Sequence record: MN655998.1
Length of the DNA: 64,000 bases
Strand: one strand, 5' to 3'
Source: Escherichia phage E26
Below are positions 1-8,834 of this stretch, piece after piece. The notes under the pieces were generated by a model that saw nothing but the letters and a program-made list of their open reading frames with translations, made no database searches and was not told the origin of the DNA. Made by a program: the position numbers and the translations under genes. Within the stretch, counting starts at the first letter, position 1. The number at the start of each line of letters is the position of its first letter.

Positions 1-10
1 TAATTCCAAA

Positions 11-39
11 GGGAAGACTCGAAAGGGTCTTCCCTTTTT
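11..39 (+). terminator. Rho-independent terminator, probably ending the upstream late gene
   Basis: Hairpin GGGAAGAC-loop-GTCTTCCC followed by TTTTT. Confidence 0.5.
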
Positions 40-55
40 GCGTATTATATCCCGT

Positions 56-63
56 TATAAATA
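56..63 (+). promoter_or_regulatory. T4-type late promoter motif TATAAATA
   Basis: Exact TATAAATA just after the terminator. Confidence 0.4.
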
Positions 64-423
64 AGGTTGCAAGCCTATATTCTATTGTGAGCGAAAATAG
101 ATACACACAACAAAGACAGGAAGATGCAGAACATCGGTGGGTTGCTAGCCTAAATCCGGTGGCTATGATATGTGATTTCTTTTGATGCTGGATTTATTAA
201 AACACAACAAACAATTCCACCAATTTTCGTAGTAACTGCATGGCAAAGGGACCAATGAATGAAATGAGCGTTCATGTTGATATTGGGTCGGATAGATTTG
301 GTAGATATACAGATCTGGTGTATGCCGACCTTGTTATGACATTCCAGTGTGACGCTAGCGGTATTTTTGGTTTTGGTACGCTGTTCCCTGAATTAACCCA
401 AAATTCTCCATAAGGAGGAATGC

Positions 424-576
424 ATGAGTAAGAAAGAAAACAGCTATGTTATGACTCGTAAGGAATACAACAAATTGATGTTAGCATTAGCTTATGCAAT
501 TATTCGTTCTGATCATGCAATTAATCTGGTAAACAAAGTTAACCGTAGCGTTGATAATGTTTCTAGGAAGAAGTAA
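424..576 (+). CDS. small hypothetical protein (50 aa)
   Basis: Manual translation MSKKENSYVMTRKEY...; strong SD AAGGAGGAA 6 nt upstream; not in ORF track (<60 aa); terminator downstream. Confidence 0.4.
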   Translation: MSKKENSYVMTRKEYNKLMLALAYAIIRSDHAINLVNKVNRSVDNVSRKK

Positions 577-585
577 GTTTATTTT

Positions 586-612
586 GGAATCCTTCGGATT
601 CCTTTTTCTTTT
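586..612 (+). terminator. Rho-independent terminator
   Basis: GGAATCC-TTC-GGATTCC hairpin followed by TTTTTCTTTTT. Confidence 0.55.
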
Positions 613-614
613 TG

Positions 615-622
615 TATAAATA
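615..622 (+). promoter_or_regulatory. T4-type late promoter TATAAATA for gene 24
   Basis: Exact TATAAATA about 37 nt upstream of the gp24 ATG. Confidence 0.55.
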
Positions 623-658
623 TGATATATCCATTAAGCAAATACAGGATTCATAAAC

Positions 659-1900
659 ATGACTCATATTTTTACTGAACTGTTGCGGGAATCTACTTCC
701 TCAGTAGCTAACCAGACAGCGCGACCGCAACTATTATCATTAACTCGCGCGGTAAACAACCTGATTTTCTCTGATCTGGTAGCAATCCAGCCAACGGATC
801 AACCAGTATCTGCATTGTACGGCCTACGTTATCTTAATCGTGATGGTCAGATGACTTTCCGAACTGCTACAACCTACGGTGGCGCGGCTGGTGATCGCAC
901 AGAGATTGAAGAGTTTTCAAAAGAAAAATCTTATGACGAAGGCGCACTGTTCAAATCAGACGATGTTGTATACGAAGTTGTGACCGCTGGTACAGTCGGT
1001 GAAGATGCCGAAACTCCAGAAGCTGCAATCTTTAAAGGCGTAATGACAAACAAAATTCGTTTCTATAGCGATTGTGCATCGGTAGAATACTTTGAAGATA
1101 AAAACACCGAAATTTCGTCTACCTCTATGCAGTTTGATAAATGGCAGGTTAATGTAGGTTCTCGTAAACTGAAAACCTCATTCACGACCGAATTGATGCA
1201 GGATCTTGAGGCAAGCCAAATCAACTCTGAAAACTCTGTAATTGATCTTCTGGCTACGATCGCTTCCGAAGAGATCAACAAAGATATTATTCAGAAGTTG
1301 ATCACTGTATCATCTCGCTATAAAATTAAAGGGATCACCCCTGACGGCGTACTTTCTCTCGTTAGCGTTCAGGATGCACCAGCACAAGCGCGTGAACTTT
1401 ACCGCTATGCTTGCGAAATGAGCAATCAAATGTTGCGGACTTCCTCCTTTGCTGGTACATACGTTTTGGCGTCTTCTCGCGTGGTTGGCCTCCTGCAATC
1501 TTCCGGTTGGATGGAAGAAACCGACAATGCTCTAAGCGAAGGTCGTCTACGTTGCGGTCTGGAAGTGTACGCAGACACGACAACACCTTTCGATTATATG
1601 CTCGTTGGTTGTAAGCACATGATCGGTGATATGGAGAGTGTAGGTTCTCTGTTCTACTCCCCATATACAGAAGCCGACGGCGCTGGCGCGTATAAGAGTG
1701 TAATTGACCCTAATAGCTTCCAGCATCATGTAGCTATTATGAATCGTTATTCACTCTCTGTCAACCCATATACATCAAAAGTTGATCAGGAAGAACACCA
1801 GGTCATCAAGGGTGACGATTGGGGTAAAATGGCTGGACGCTCTGAAATGTCCTACATTTTAGGAATCGAACTGCCACCGCTTGAGATTGACAACGCTTAA
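659..1900 (+). CDS. 24: head vertex protein gp24
   Basis: 413 aa; motifs shared with T4 gp24 (ELLRES, LTRA, INKWQ, SRKLKT, EINKDI.QKLITVS, MAGRS) and gp23-like fold. Confidence 0.9.
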   Translation: MTHIFTELLRESTSSVANQTARPQLLSLTRAVNNLIFSDLVAIQPTDQPVSALYGLRYLNRDGQMTFRTATTYGGAAGDRTEIEEFSKEKSYDEGALFKSDDVVYEVVTAGTVGEDAETPEAAIFKGVMTNKIRFYSDCASVEYFEDKNTEISSTSMQFDKWQVNVGSRKLKTSFTTELMQDLEASQINSENSVIDLLATIASEEINKDIIQKLITVSSRYKIKGITPDGVLSLVSVQDAPAQARELYRYACEMSNQMLRTSSFAGTYVLASSRVVGLLQSSGWMEETDNALSEGRLRCGLEVYADTTTPFDYMLVGCKHMIGDMESVGSLFYSPYTEADGAGAYKSVIDPNSFQHHVAIMNRYSLSVNPYTSKVDQEEHQVIKGDDWGKMAGRSEMSYILGIELPPLEIDNA

Positions 1901-2488
1901 CTAAATATCTAACCAAGACAAGTCAGATCCGCCCAAGATTTTTTCGACGGCGGATCTATTTTCTTGATGATATAAGTTAAAACATGGTATCCCATGTCTA
2001 CGGGCAACATAAACAGCAATTCTAGTTCCTCCCGAAACGATTCCATTAACTTCTTTCGCCCAGAATATCACACAATCTACAGGATCATCAAGTGTCTCAC
2101 CTAAGACTTGAGCAACATTTCTAGAAAACAGATTTTGCATGTATAACGGTATAGAACGAGGATTATCATAAACGTGTTCTAATTCATCCATCGCCAGATT
2201 TTTTTGTTCTAAGGTTTGCCATGCAATCACATCATGACCGTTATGCTTGTGGTCATAAAACTTCCAATTTGGAATGAAAATTTTTCTATAATCTGGATCG
2301 TAATACTTCATGAAAGCATTGTCCATACCGTAAGCCCCTCCAGAATGCGCTACAACGCGATTTTCTGACAATACCCTCCCAATGGTACTAGCCATTATCA
2401 AAATGTCGCTAGGCGCTTTTCTAGAGCCTATTAAAGCACATCTACGAAGTGGTTTTACTCCAAATAGATCTTGTAACTGGTCAAACAT
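1901..2488 (-). CDS. SLOG/DprA-like Rossmann-fold protein, function unknown
   Basis: 195 aa; motifs AHSGGAYGMD and SGGTRIAVYVARRHGIP resemble DprA/Smf-LOG nucleotide-binding folds; occupies the T4 rnlB position but is not an RNA ligase. Confidence 0.5.
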   Translation of the reverse strand: MFDQLQDLFGVKPLRRCALIGSRKAPSDILIMASTIGRVLSENRVVAHSGGAYGMDNAFMKYYDPDYRKIFIPNWKFYDHKHNGHDVIAWQTLEQKNLAMDELEHVYDNPRSIPLYMQNLFSRNVAQVLGETLDDPVDCVIFWAKEVNGIVSGGTRIAVYVARRHGIPCFNLYHQENRSAVEKILGGSDLSWLDI

Positions 2489-2640
2489 AATATTTCCTCC
2501 ATAGAAAGCAATATCATACTACAAGTTAATAACAAATACAAGTATCCGCGTAGCGGAAGCGAGCACAGCGAGCAATAAAACACTTCCAGTAATTGATTAA
2601 TAAATGTTCGAAACAAATTTTTATTATTCTATAAGATAAG

Positions 2641-2666
2641 TCTTCGTTTTGATCATAATTTAATCA
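2641..2666. repeat. 26-bp direct repeat copy 1 (TCTTCGTTTTGATCATAATTTAATCA)
   Basis: Identical copy at 2791-2816 inside a 414-bp ORF-free AT-rich gap. Confidence 0.8.
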
Positions 2667-2790
2667 TACATGTAAAAAACTACACAAAAGGATATCGCTT
2701 CGCGAACTCCTACGGAGTATAACATTTGTGTTACAATATGTAGTGATTAATAATTAACCAAAGATACATTTTCTATGTTCTAAAGATCTT

Positions 2791-2816
2791 TCTTCGTTTT
2801 GATCATAATTTAATCA
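2791..2816. repeat. 26-bp direct repeat copy 2
   Basis: Identical to 2641-2666. Confidence 0.8.
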
Positions 2817-2867
2817 AACAGTATTAATATTGTGCACATGTAAACTAAAATTATGTTAATAACATAT

Positions 2868-2894
2868 ACAAAAAAGCCGCCCCGAAGGACGGCT
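2868..2894 (-). terminator. Rho-independent terminator (minus strand)
   Basis: On minus-strand RNA GCCGUCC-UUCG-GGGCGGC followed by UUUUU; downstream of ORF 2903..3340. Confidence 0.6.
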
Positions 2895-2902
2895 AATGTT
2901 AA

Positions 2903-3340
2903 TTATTTGTTGATAACGATCTGATTTCGGCGAATGGTAACATTACTCTTAGAGATGATCAGATCATCCGGCACTACGTTAGTTTTGTATGGCTGGAAGC
3001 GAACAAGCATCTGATTGCGTTTAGACCCTTCCTTAATCTTGATTTCCATCTGGATATTGTTGCCTACGTGAGCAACCGCAATTTCACCTTTATTCTCATA
3101 GACCAACTTGCTGGTAACGTCTCCTGCAAAAGCCTTAATAACTTGCAATGCTTCGTCGTATGCGGTAGAGCTGTGAACTTTCAGAAGGCCAGCCGTAGCA
3201 AGACGGGAGCAAGTGATCGCCGGAGATTGCCAAACATCAACATTAATTTGCTCAATCAGAGTAACACCGCCCTGATCAACTGCTTTGAATGCTTCAAACA
3301 TTGCCTTTTTCATTGCTACGTGGTTTTTACGGAATTTCAT
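2903..3340 (-). CDS. hypothetical protein
   Basis: ORF track 145 aa; no recognisable motif. Confidence 0.5.
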   Translation of the reverse strand: MKFRKNHVAMKKAMFEAFKAVDQGGVTLIEQINVDVWQSPAITCSRLATAGLLKVHSSTAYDEALQVIKAFAGDVTSKLVYENKGEIAVAHVGNNIQMEIKIKEGSKRNQMLVRFQPYKTNVVPDDLIISKSNVTIRRNQIVINK

Positions 3341-3386
3341 AATTAGTCACCTCTATTGATTAGTTATTCAAAATATTAATTACAAA

Positions 3387-3662
3387 TCAGGACATTGCCC
3401 GTTTGAATGCGTCCATTATAACAGTGTTATTTGGCTTGTCAACACGTTTTTGAACTTTATTTTTAAATTTTTTGTTGATGTGGTGTTTACGATAAACAAC
3501 CTTTTCACGGTTGGCGTAAGCCTCGCGTGCGTCTTTTACCATCAACCATGCCTTAGCCGCATCTTGTCCGCTGATCCCGCCAATCTTCTTAGCAATATCA
3601 ACAAAATTAAGACCGTGGTCTTCGCGTAGCATGTAAACCATTAACGCTGTTTTCTTGTCCAT
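3387..3662 (-). CDS. hypothetical protein (start placed at internal Met MDKKTALM)
   Basis: Track ORF 3387..3770 overlaps upstream ORF by 108 nt in another frame; internal ATG gives a 1-nt overlap with the stop of the 3662..3859 ORF. Confidence 0.4.
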   Translation of the reverse strand: MDKKTALMVYMLREDHGLNFVDIAKKIGGISGQDAAKAWLMVKDAREAYANREKVVYRKHHINKKFKNKVQKRVDKPNNTVIMDAFKRAMS

Positions 3663-3859
3663 CACTTCGCCCCATTGACGATTAACAGGATAGTGATCAG
3701 TACCGGAAACTGGATCATGACAGTACCAAAAAACCGGATAAACGCATTTTCCGACTTCCACACATGACATGCGACTAGCTGATAGACCATTGTTGCAACC
3801 AAAGCCAGAAAATACATCTCGATTGGTGCTTCTTTGATCAATCGTACAATCTCATTCAT
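3662..3859 (-). CDS. small membrane protein
   Basis: 65 aa with two hydrophobic helices. Confidence 0.4.
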   Translation of the reverse strand: MNEIVRLIKEAPIEMYFLALVATMVYQLVACHVWKSENAFIRFFGTVMIQFPVLITILLIVNGAK

Positions 3860-4021
3860 ACTTCACCTCATACATTCATAAACACAACAACGAATAATAC
3901 AGTAACAGTTATCAACGCCATTTTCAACCCCATATTCATAATATTTTCTTCGCCTCACGATGACAGTAGCATGTCGATGCGTGCCATTATAGGCATCTAA
4001 ATCGCTCTGTCAAGCACTAAA

Positions 4022-4050
4022 AACAAAAAAGCCACCCCGAAGGATGGCTG
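4022..4050 (-). terminator. Rho-independent terminator (minus strand) after hoc
   Basis: Minus-strand RNA GCCAUCC-UUCG-GGGUGGC followed by UUUUUU. Confidence 0.6.
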
Positions 4051-4060
4051 ATAGATTTCA

Positions 4061-5275
4061 TTAAGCAGGATGCGTTTCACGAATGCATAGAACTCGCTCT
4101 AACGTATCTCGGTCCAGTTTATGTAAATCTTTGGAATGATACATGAAACCATTGCGAGATTCCATGCAAGTGCAATCACTATATTTTTCTTCCGCTGCCG
4201 CGATTGTCTCCAGATCTTTGGCGTACTTGCTGGTAGAATAAACTTCTCGGTCACGCCACTCTAACCCAGCCTCATTGAATTTAACAATCTCGTCAAATAC
4301 CCACCATCCAATGTAGATAAATGAAGTTTTGCGCCACGGGATCGGGTGTACGTAACGAAACATTTTAACAACTTCCATTGAACATTTTCTACTTGTACTT
4401 GTTGCAACTTCTACTGTTTCATTTTCGATCTGTTGATATAGTTTAGCAACACACCAGAATTTGGCTGTGTCATCGTAAGTAGCACTCTCTTTGAACAGAT
4501 GACCGTCTGGAGTGATAGAAAATCCTTCCTGTGCTTCGCCGACCTCATTACCGATCAGAGTCGGTGACAGTTGCCCTTCGCGCTGCAAATACCAGTTATG
4601 TTTGATCGTCAATTCAGGCATACCGCTAGAATCGCCTACAATGTCCTCTGACACAACATAATTAAGTAAGATCTCATTACCTAGTGCCACGGTCTTTGAT
4701 TCCACCACATCCTGTTCTACGTTCATTGTTGCCAGCATGATTTTAGTCGATGCGCTATTGGCTGAATCTTCCGACTCACCCCACACTTTTACAGTATACA
4801 CGCCGTTTTTATCTGCTGTAAATTTTTGGATTGTAATATCCTGTTTTGTGTCTATAACTTCTTCGCCCTTACTCCAACTATAATGTAGTTCATAGTTGTC
4901 TGATGGAGTCTTCCCACCAGAAAAATTTACTGTTGCATGTAATTCTACGTCTGTTTGTGATGATACGTAGAAATGCTGCGGTTCGGTGATATTTACGATT
5001 AATTCCGCTTCTTCCATGAGGAAAACTTCAGATTCTACTGATGTCGTCGTATCGGTATCTTGTACCGTTACTTTATAGCTACCCGCATTTTCACTTGTTG
5101 CGCCTTCTACAGTTAGCGTAGCTGTGTTATTTTCATGCGGTTGGTCGTCTTTTGTCCATGTATATGTCAAATTGCTGGGTAATGGTTCGTCACCCTCTAC
5201 AGTCGCCGTTAAGGTGAAACCATCGCCAGCAAGAAAACATCTTTTGTCAGATTTAATTGATACTGTGAAAGCCAT
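4061..5275 (-). CDS. hoc: highly immunogenic outer capsid protein Hoc
   Basis: 404 aa; Ig-like N-terminal repeats; C-terminal capsid-binding motifs YVHPIPWR, GWWVFDEIV, ESRNGF matching T4 Hoc. Confidence 0.85.
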   Translation of the reverse strand: MAFTVSIKSDKRCFLAGDGFTLTATVEGDEPLPSNLTYTWTKDDQPHENNTATLTVEGATSENAGSYKVTVQDTDTTTSVESEVFLMEEAELIVNITEPQHFYVSSQTDVELHATVNFSGGKTPSDNYELHYSWSKGEEVIDTKQDITIQKFTADKNGVYTVKVWGESEDSANSASTKIMLATMNVEQDVVESKTVALGNEILLNYVVSEDIVGDSSGMPELTIKHNWYLQREGQLSPTLIGNEVGEAQEGFSITPDGHLFKESATYDDTAKFWCVAKLYQQIENETVEVATSTSRKCSMEVVKMFRYVHPIPWRKTSFIYIGWWVFDEIVKFNEAGLEWRDREVYSTSKYAKDLETIAAAEEKYSDCTCMESRNGFMYHSKDLHKLDRDTLERVLCIRETHPA

Positions 5276-5444
5276 ATAAAGCCACTCCCATCGAAAATCC
5301 GAATTTAATTAATTGAAATAGTTGATTGTCATCAACCAGATAACCATTGCGAGATTCCAATACATGAGTATTAGAATAGTGATGCAACGAGGCCGAAATA
5401 GTATCGATCTCGTCTGGGTATTTGTTCTGTTTGATGTAATACAT
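5253..5444 (-). CDS. small ORF carrying a Hoc C-terminal-like motif (ESRNGY)
   Basis: 63 aa; KYPDEID...ESRNGYLV resembles the Hoc C-terminus; overlaps hoc start by 23 nt. Confidence 0.35.
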   Translation of the reverse strand: MYYIKQNKYPDEIDTISASLHHYSNTHVLESRNGYLVDDNQLFQLIKFGFSMGVALYGFHSIN

Positions 5445-5540
5445 TGATTTTGTTAGACATGTAGTATCCTCTTTTTAATTGCATAACGGAACTACAATTA
5501 AAATTATAACAAATATTTCACAACTTTTATCACCCAAAAA

Positions 5541-6266
5541 TTACTTGAGTGTGTGGAATTGGCTATGTTTAGTCTCTCGCACCTTGACAGACCCATCGCG
5601 TTTGATATAATAGATCAGTGACTTGAGGGTGTCGTGTACATACGCGTGCGGGAAACGCTCTGGATACTTCTTCCAATCTGGAGTATTAACGATCCAGTCG
5701 AAAATCCACCACGGGCAGGAGTAGTAACCACGACCGCCACCGATCAAGCAAATGGTCGGACGGAAGCCAGTAAGATCGCAAAATGAATCAGTGTCATGTG
5801 ATGGGGAACGATGTTCTGCTTCGTCAGAGAAAATGTTTGCTACCGGAGATTTCACTTTAACTTCCGGTGCTTCTTCAACATCTGACTTAACTTCTTCGAC
5901 CACTGGTTCAACTGCTGGAGATTCTTCTTTTGTTTCTTCAATGACGATCTCAGTTTCTTTCATTGCTTCAACCAGAGACGGGTCAACTTCGTCGAATACC
6001 ACTTTATCATCTGCGGTGTCTGCTGCCAGAATAAGATCGTTAATACTGGTTCCTTCTGCCGGAGTTTCTTCTTCCATTTCGGAAGCCAGTTTAGTTAATT
6101 CGGTTTCTACGAACTCGATCATGTTCTCTAGTGATAAAGTCTTTTTGACCTTAATATCAAATTGTTTTGCGTAGTCAGCTAATTCTGTTTTAGCTGTTTT
6201 CTGTGCTTCTTTGTCGTCGGACGCCGCAATAGCGCGGAGTTCTTCGAAATATTCTTTATCAAACAT
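5541..6266 (-). CDS. acidic protein with Hoc-like capsid-binding C-terminal motif; possibly Inh-like by position
   Basis: 241 aa; acidic N-terminal half; C-terminal CPWWIFDWIV...YYIK resembles Hoc GWWVFDEIV; located between hoc and uvsW where T4 has inh. Confidence 0.55.
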   Translation of the reverse strand: MFDKEYFEELRAIAASDDKEAQKTAKTELADYAKQFDIKVKKTLSLENMIEFVETELTKLASEMEEETPAEGTSINDLILAADTADDKVVFDEVDPSLVEAMKETEIVIEETKEESPAVEPVVEEVKSDVEEAPEVKVKSPVANIFSDEAEHRSPSHDTDSFCDLTGFRPTICLIGGGRGYYSCPWWIFDWIVNTPDWKKYPERFPHAYVHDTLKSLIYYIKRDGSVKVRETKHSQFHTLK

Positions 6267-6292
6267 GTTATTCTCCTGATTGGGGGTGTTTG

Positions 6293-6300
6293 TATAAATA
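6293..6300 (+). promoter_or_regulatory. T4-type late promoter TATAAATA for uvsW
   Basis: Exact TATAAATA 22 nt upstream of the uvsW ATG. Confidence 0.5.
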
Positions 6301-6321
6301 TTTGTATACTGTATTTATTGA

Positions 6322-7839
6322 GTGAGGCTATTCGCTATGCAAGATATTAAAATTCACTTTCTGAACTACTCCCATGTTCAAATTGAATGTAGCGATTCAA
6401 TTTTATTAGAAATGCGAGATTATTTTAGTTTTGAAGTCGAGGGAGCGCGGTTCCAAAAAAGATTTAAGTATGGTGGATGGGATGGGCGTATTCGTCTTTT
6501 AGATTACAACGGAAAGCTGCCAATCGGCCTAACTAAAACCGTGGGAATCTTCGCTAAAAATATGGGCTATAGCGTATGGGTAGATCCTCGCTTATTCGAA
6601 AAAGAACAAGTTACAGAAGAAGAAATTACAAAATGGTGTAATGACTTAGAATTATATTCCGGTGCTAACAGGATCACCCCGCACTGGTATCAATCAAAGG
6701 CTGTCTTTGAAGGTATTCATCATAAACGCCGTATGTTAGTTTTGCCTACGTCCGCTGGTAAATCTGCGATTGCTTGTATGTTGTCTCGTTGGTACTTAGA
6801 GAACTACGAAGGGAAAGTGCTGATCATCGTTCCTACCACGTCGCTAGTGCTGCAAATGCGTGATGATTTTGTTGATTATCGCCAGTTTCCTTATGAAGCA
6901 ATTCATACTATCATGAGCGGTACTAGTAAACACGTAGGTGATCGCCTGATCGTTGTTAGTACGTGGCAATCAGCATGTAAACAGCCTCGTGAGTGGTTCC
7001 AACAATTCGGGATGGTTATTGTTGACGAATGTCACAAGGCTACTGCTAAAAACCTGCTAAACATCGTTACTGATATGGATCATTGCCAGTTTAAGATCGG
7101 CATGACTGGTTCCCCTCGTGACGGGAAAGCTAACATGATGCAGTATGTCGGGCTTTTCGGTGATATTTCTAAGATCGTGAGTATTGACCGCCTGATGGAA
7201 GAAGGGCAGGTGACAAAACTGAAAATTAACTGTCTTTTCCTTCGTTATACCGATGAGGAATGTAGCGCGGTTAAGGGTAGAGAATATGCGGAAGAGATCA
7301 AGTATATTACGTCTAACCCACGACGAAATAAGTTTGCTTGTAATTTGGCGCTAAAACTCGCTAAGAAGGGCGAAAACGTATTCCTGATGTTCCGCAATAC
7401 TAAGCACGGAAAACTTATGTATGATGCGTTACAGAAGGTACACGACAAGGTTTATTATATTGACGGTGGAGTTAAGACAGAAGAACGTGATGAATTTAAG
7501 AAAATGGCGGAGGGTGACACCGGGATCATTTGTGTTGCGTCTTATGGTGTGTTCTCTACTGGTGTTTCAATTAAGAATTTGCACCATGTTATTTTCGGTC
7601 ATCCAGTGAAGGAATCAACTATCGTTCGTCAGAGTATCGGTCGTGCATTGCGTAAACATGGTTCTAAGGATATTGCAACGGTCTGGGATCTTATCGATCA
7701 TCTGGCGGTGAAGACAAAGAGCAAGAATGCTAAGAAACAGTTTAGTCACCTTAATTATGCTCTTAAACATGCCCTTGAAAGAATAAAAATTTACAACACC
7801 GATCGATTCGAATATGTCACGAAAACCATCGAGATTTAA
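6322..7839 (+). CDS. uvsW: UvsW RNA-DNA and DNA-DNA helicase
   Basis: 505 aa; near-colinear with T4 UvsW (IKIHF, FRYGxWDGRIRLLDYN, PTSAGKS Walker A, DECH, helicase C motifs). Confidence 0.92.
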   Translation: MRLFAMQDIKIHFLNYSHVQIECSDSILLEMRDYFSFEVEGARFQKRFKYGGWDGRIRLLDYNGKLPIGLTKTVGIFAKNMGYSVWVDPRLFEKEQVTEEEITKWCNDLELYSGANRITPHWYQSKAVFEGIHHKRRMLVLPTSAGKSAIACMLSRWYLENYEGKVLIIVPTTSLVLQMRDDFVDYRQFPYEAIHTIMSGTSKHVGDRLIVVSTWQSACKQPREWFQQFGMVIVDECHKATAKNLLNIVTDMDHCQFKIGMTGSPRDGKANMMQYVGLFGDISKIVSIDRLMEEGQVTKLKINCLFLRYTDEECSAVKGREYAEEIKYITSNPRRNKFACNLALKLAKKGENVFLMFRNTKHGKLMYDALQKVHDKVYYIDGGVKTEERDEFKKMAEGDTGIICVASYGVFSTGVSIKNLHHVIFGHPVKESTIVRQSIGRALRKHGSKDIATVWDLIDHLAVKTKSKNAKKQFSHLNYALKHALERIKIYNTDRFEYVTKTIEI

Positions 7840-7882
7840 TAAATAGGGACTTTAATGTCCCTTTATTCTACGGAGATTAAAA

Positions 7883-8119
7883 ATGATTAGCTTTAAACGT
7901 TTTTTGGTTGAGGCCGCTATTGACGGTTTCATGAGTAAGATTTATTCTTGTAATACTATCGAGGGATTAAATGAACTTGAGGCATATTATGAGAAGCGCA
8001 AGAAAGAAACAGAATTGAAACCTGCTGATGATATTTCGATCCGTGATGCCATCGCTGGACGCCGTAAGCAATTGGAAGCGGACAACGAGCCAGAAGAGGA
8101 GCCGGAAGAGGATTTTTAA
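7883..8119 (+). CDS. uvsW.1: UvsW.1-like small protein
   Basis: 78 aa directly downstream of uvsW, matching T4 uvsW.1 position and size; acidic C-terminus. Confidence 0.65.
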   Translation: MISFKRFLVEAAIDGFMSKIYSCNTIEGLNELEAYYEKRKKETELKPADDISIRDAIAGRRKQLEADNEPEEEPEEDF

Positions 8120-8124
8120 GATAT

Positions 8125-8149
8125 AAAAAAGCCCCATCATTGATGGGGC
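8125..8149 (-). terminator. Stem-loop terminator (minus-strand orientation)
   Basis: GCCCCATCA/TGATGGGGC inverted repeat preceded by A6 on plus strand (U-run on minus). Confidence 0.45.
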
Positions 8150-8182
8150 AAAATAAACCAATTAAAATCGGTTATCAACAAA

Positions 8183-8359
8183 TTACATTAACAGCATTGT
8201 TTGCTCTACGAGTTGTTCTTGTTCTTCGCCGTTCGCATCTTCACTAATCGAACGTTCTGTTACTAGCTGTAAGCAGTAGCCAGTGTGAACAACGCCGTTT
8301 TCTGTCTGGACGGCTAACGCATCCTCGACAGGTTGTTTACAACAAATACAGATTTTCAT
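8183..8359 (-). CDS. small Cys-rich hypothetical protein (58 aa, uvsY.-2 position)
   Basis: Manual translation MKICICCKQPVEDALAVQTENGVVHTGYCLQL...; SD AGGAGG; not in ORF track. Confidence 0.45.
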   Translation of the reverse strand: MKICICCKQPVEDALAVQTENGVVHTGYCLQLVTERSISEDANGEEQEQLVEQTMLLM

Positions 8360-8379
8360 AAAATTCCTCCTGTATGTAT

Positions 8380-8787
8380 TTAGCGACCAGATTCCAGCAT
8401 ACGCAATTCTATAGCATTCTTGATCGCAAATCCACGAGATTTAACGATATCAAGTGCGCGACCAGCGAAATCCATTACCATCTGGTAATATGCAATTTTC
8501 GTATCAAGTGGTAAGATCTCGTCGTCTGCTGCCATGACAACTTTCAATTCTGATTTCTCATACTCAGCGCGACACCAGTCATCACTACGATTAGTGTAAA
8601 AGTCAAGACGATTTTTCATAGCCTTTTTCTTTTTAGCCTCAAGAGCAATCGTCTCTCTTTTCGCCTCGCTGTAAATCCTTAACCACTTTGAGTATACTAC
8701 CGGATTATTCAGCGCCTCCCATTGCAACTTAGTCGCATCGATCTTCATGTCAGCTTCTAATTGTTCTTTCAAATCGTTTAGGTCCAT
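8380..8787 (-). CDS. uvsY: UvsY recombination mediator
   Basis: 135 aa; motifs shared with T4 UvsY (LQWEALNN, YSKWL, RLDFY, YEKSE, IKSRGFAIKN). Confidence 0.9.
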   Translation of the reverse strand: MDLNDLKEQLEADMKIDATKLQWEALNNPVVYSKWLRIYSEAKRETIALEAKKKKAMKNRLDFYTNRSDDWCRAEYEKSELKVVMAADDEILPLDTKIAYYQMVMDFAGRALDIVKSRGFAIKNAIELRMLESGR

Positions 8788-8834
8788 AATATCCCCTTAT
8801 TCACACTAAGACCTATATCATATCACACACAAAA

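Noticed and set aside
240-413. Plus-strand 57-aa ORF (MAKGPMNEMSVHVDIG...)
   Set aside because: No recognisable SD upstream and no supporting context; kept out of the feature list.
1928-1962. Inverted repeat GATCCGCC...GGCGGATC just after the gene 24 stop, as a possible gene 24 terminator
   Set aside because: It lies inside the 3' coding region of the convergent minus-strand ORF 1901..2488, has a 16-nt loop and no clear U-run, so it is ambiguous.
5752-6174. Plus-strand ORF (140 aa) in the track, and similar plus-strand ORFs at 22216..22551, 22655..22966, 23435..23746, 25765..26214, 39370..39753, 45023..45625
   Set aside because: They lie antisense to well-supported minus-strand genes, lack SD sequences and are Ser/Thr/low-complexity rich; most likely shadow ORFs.
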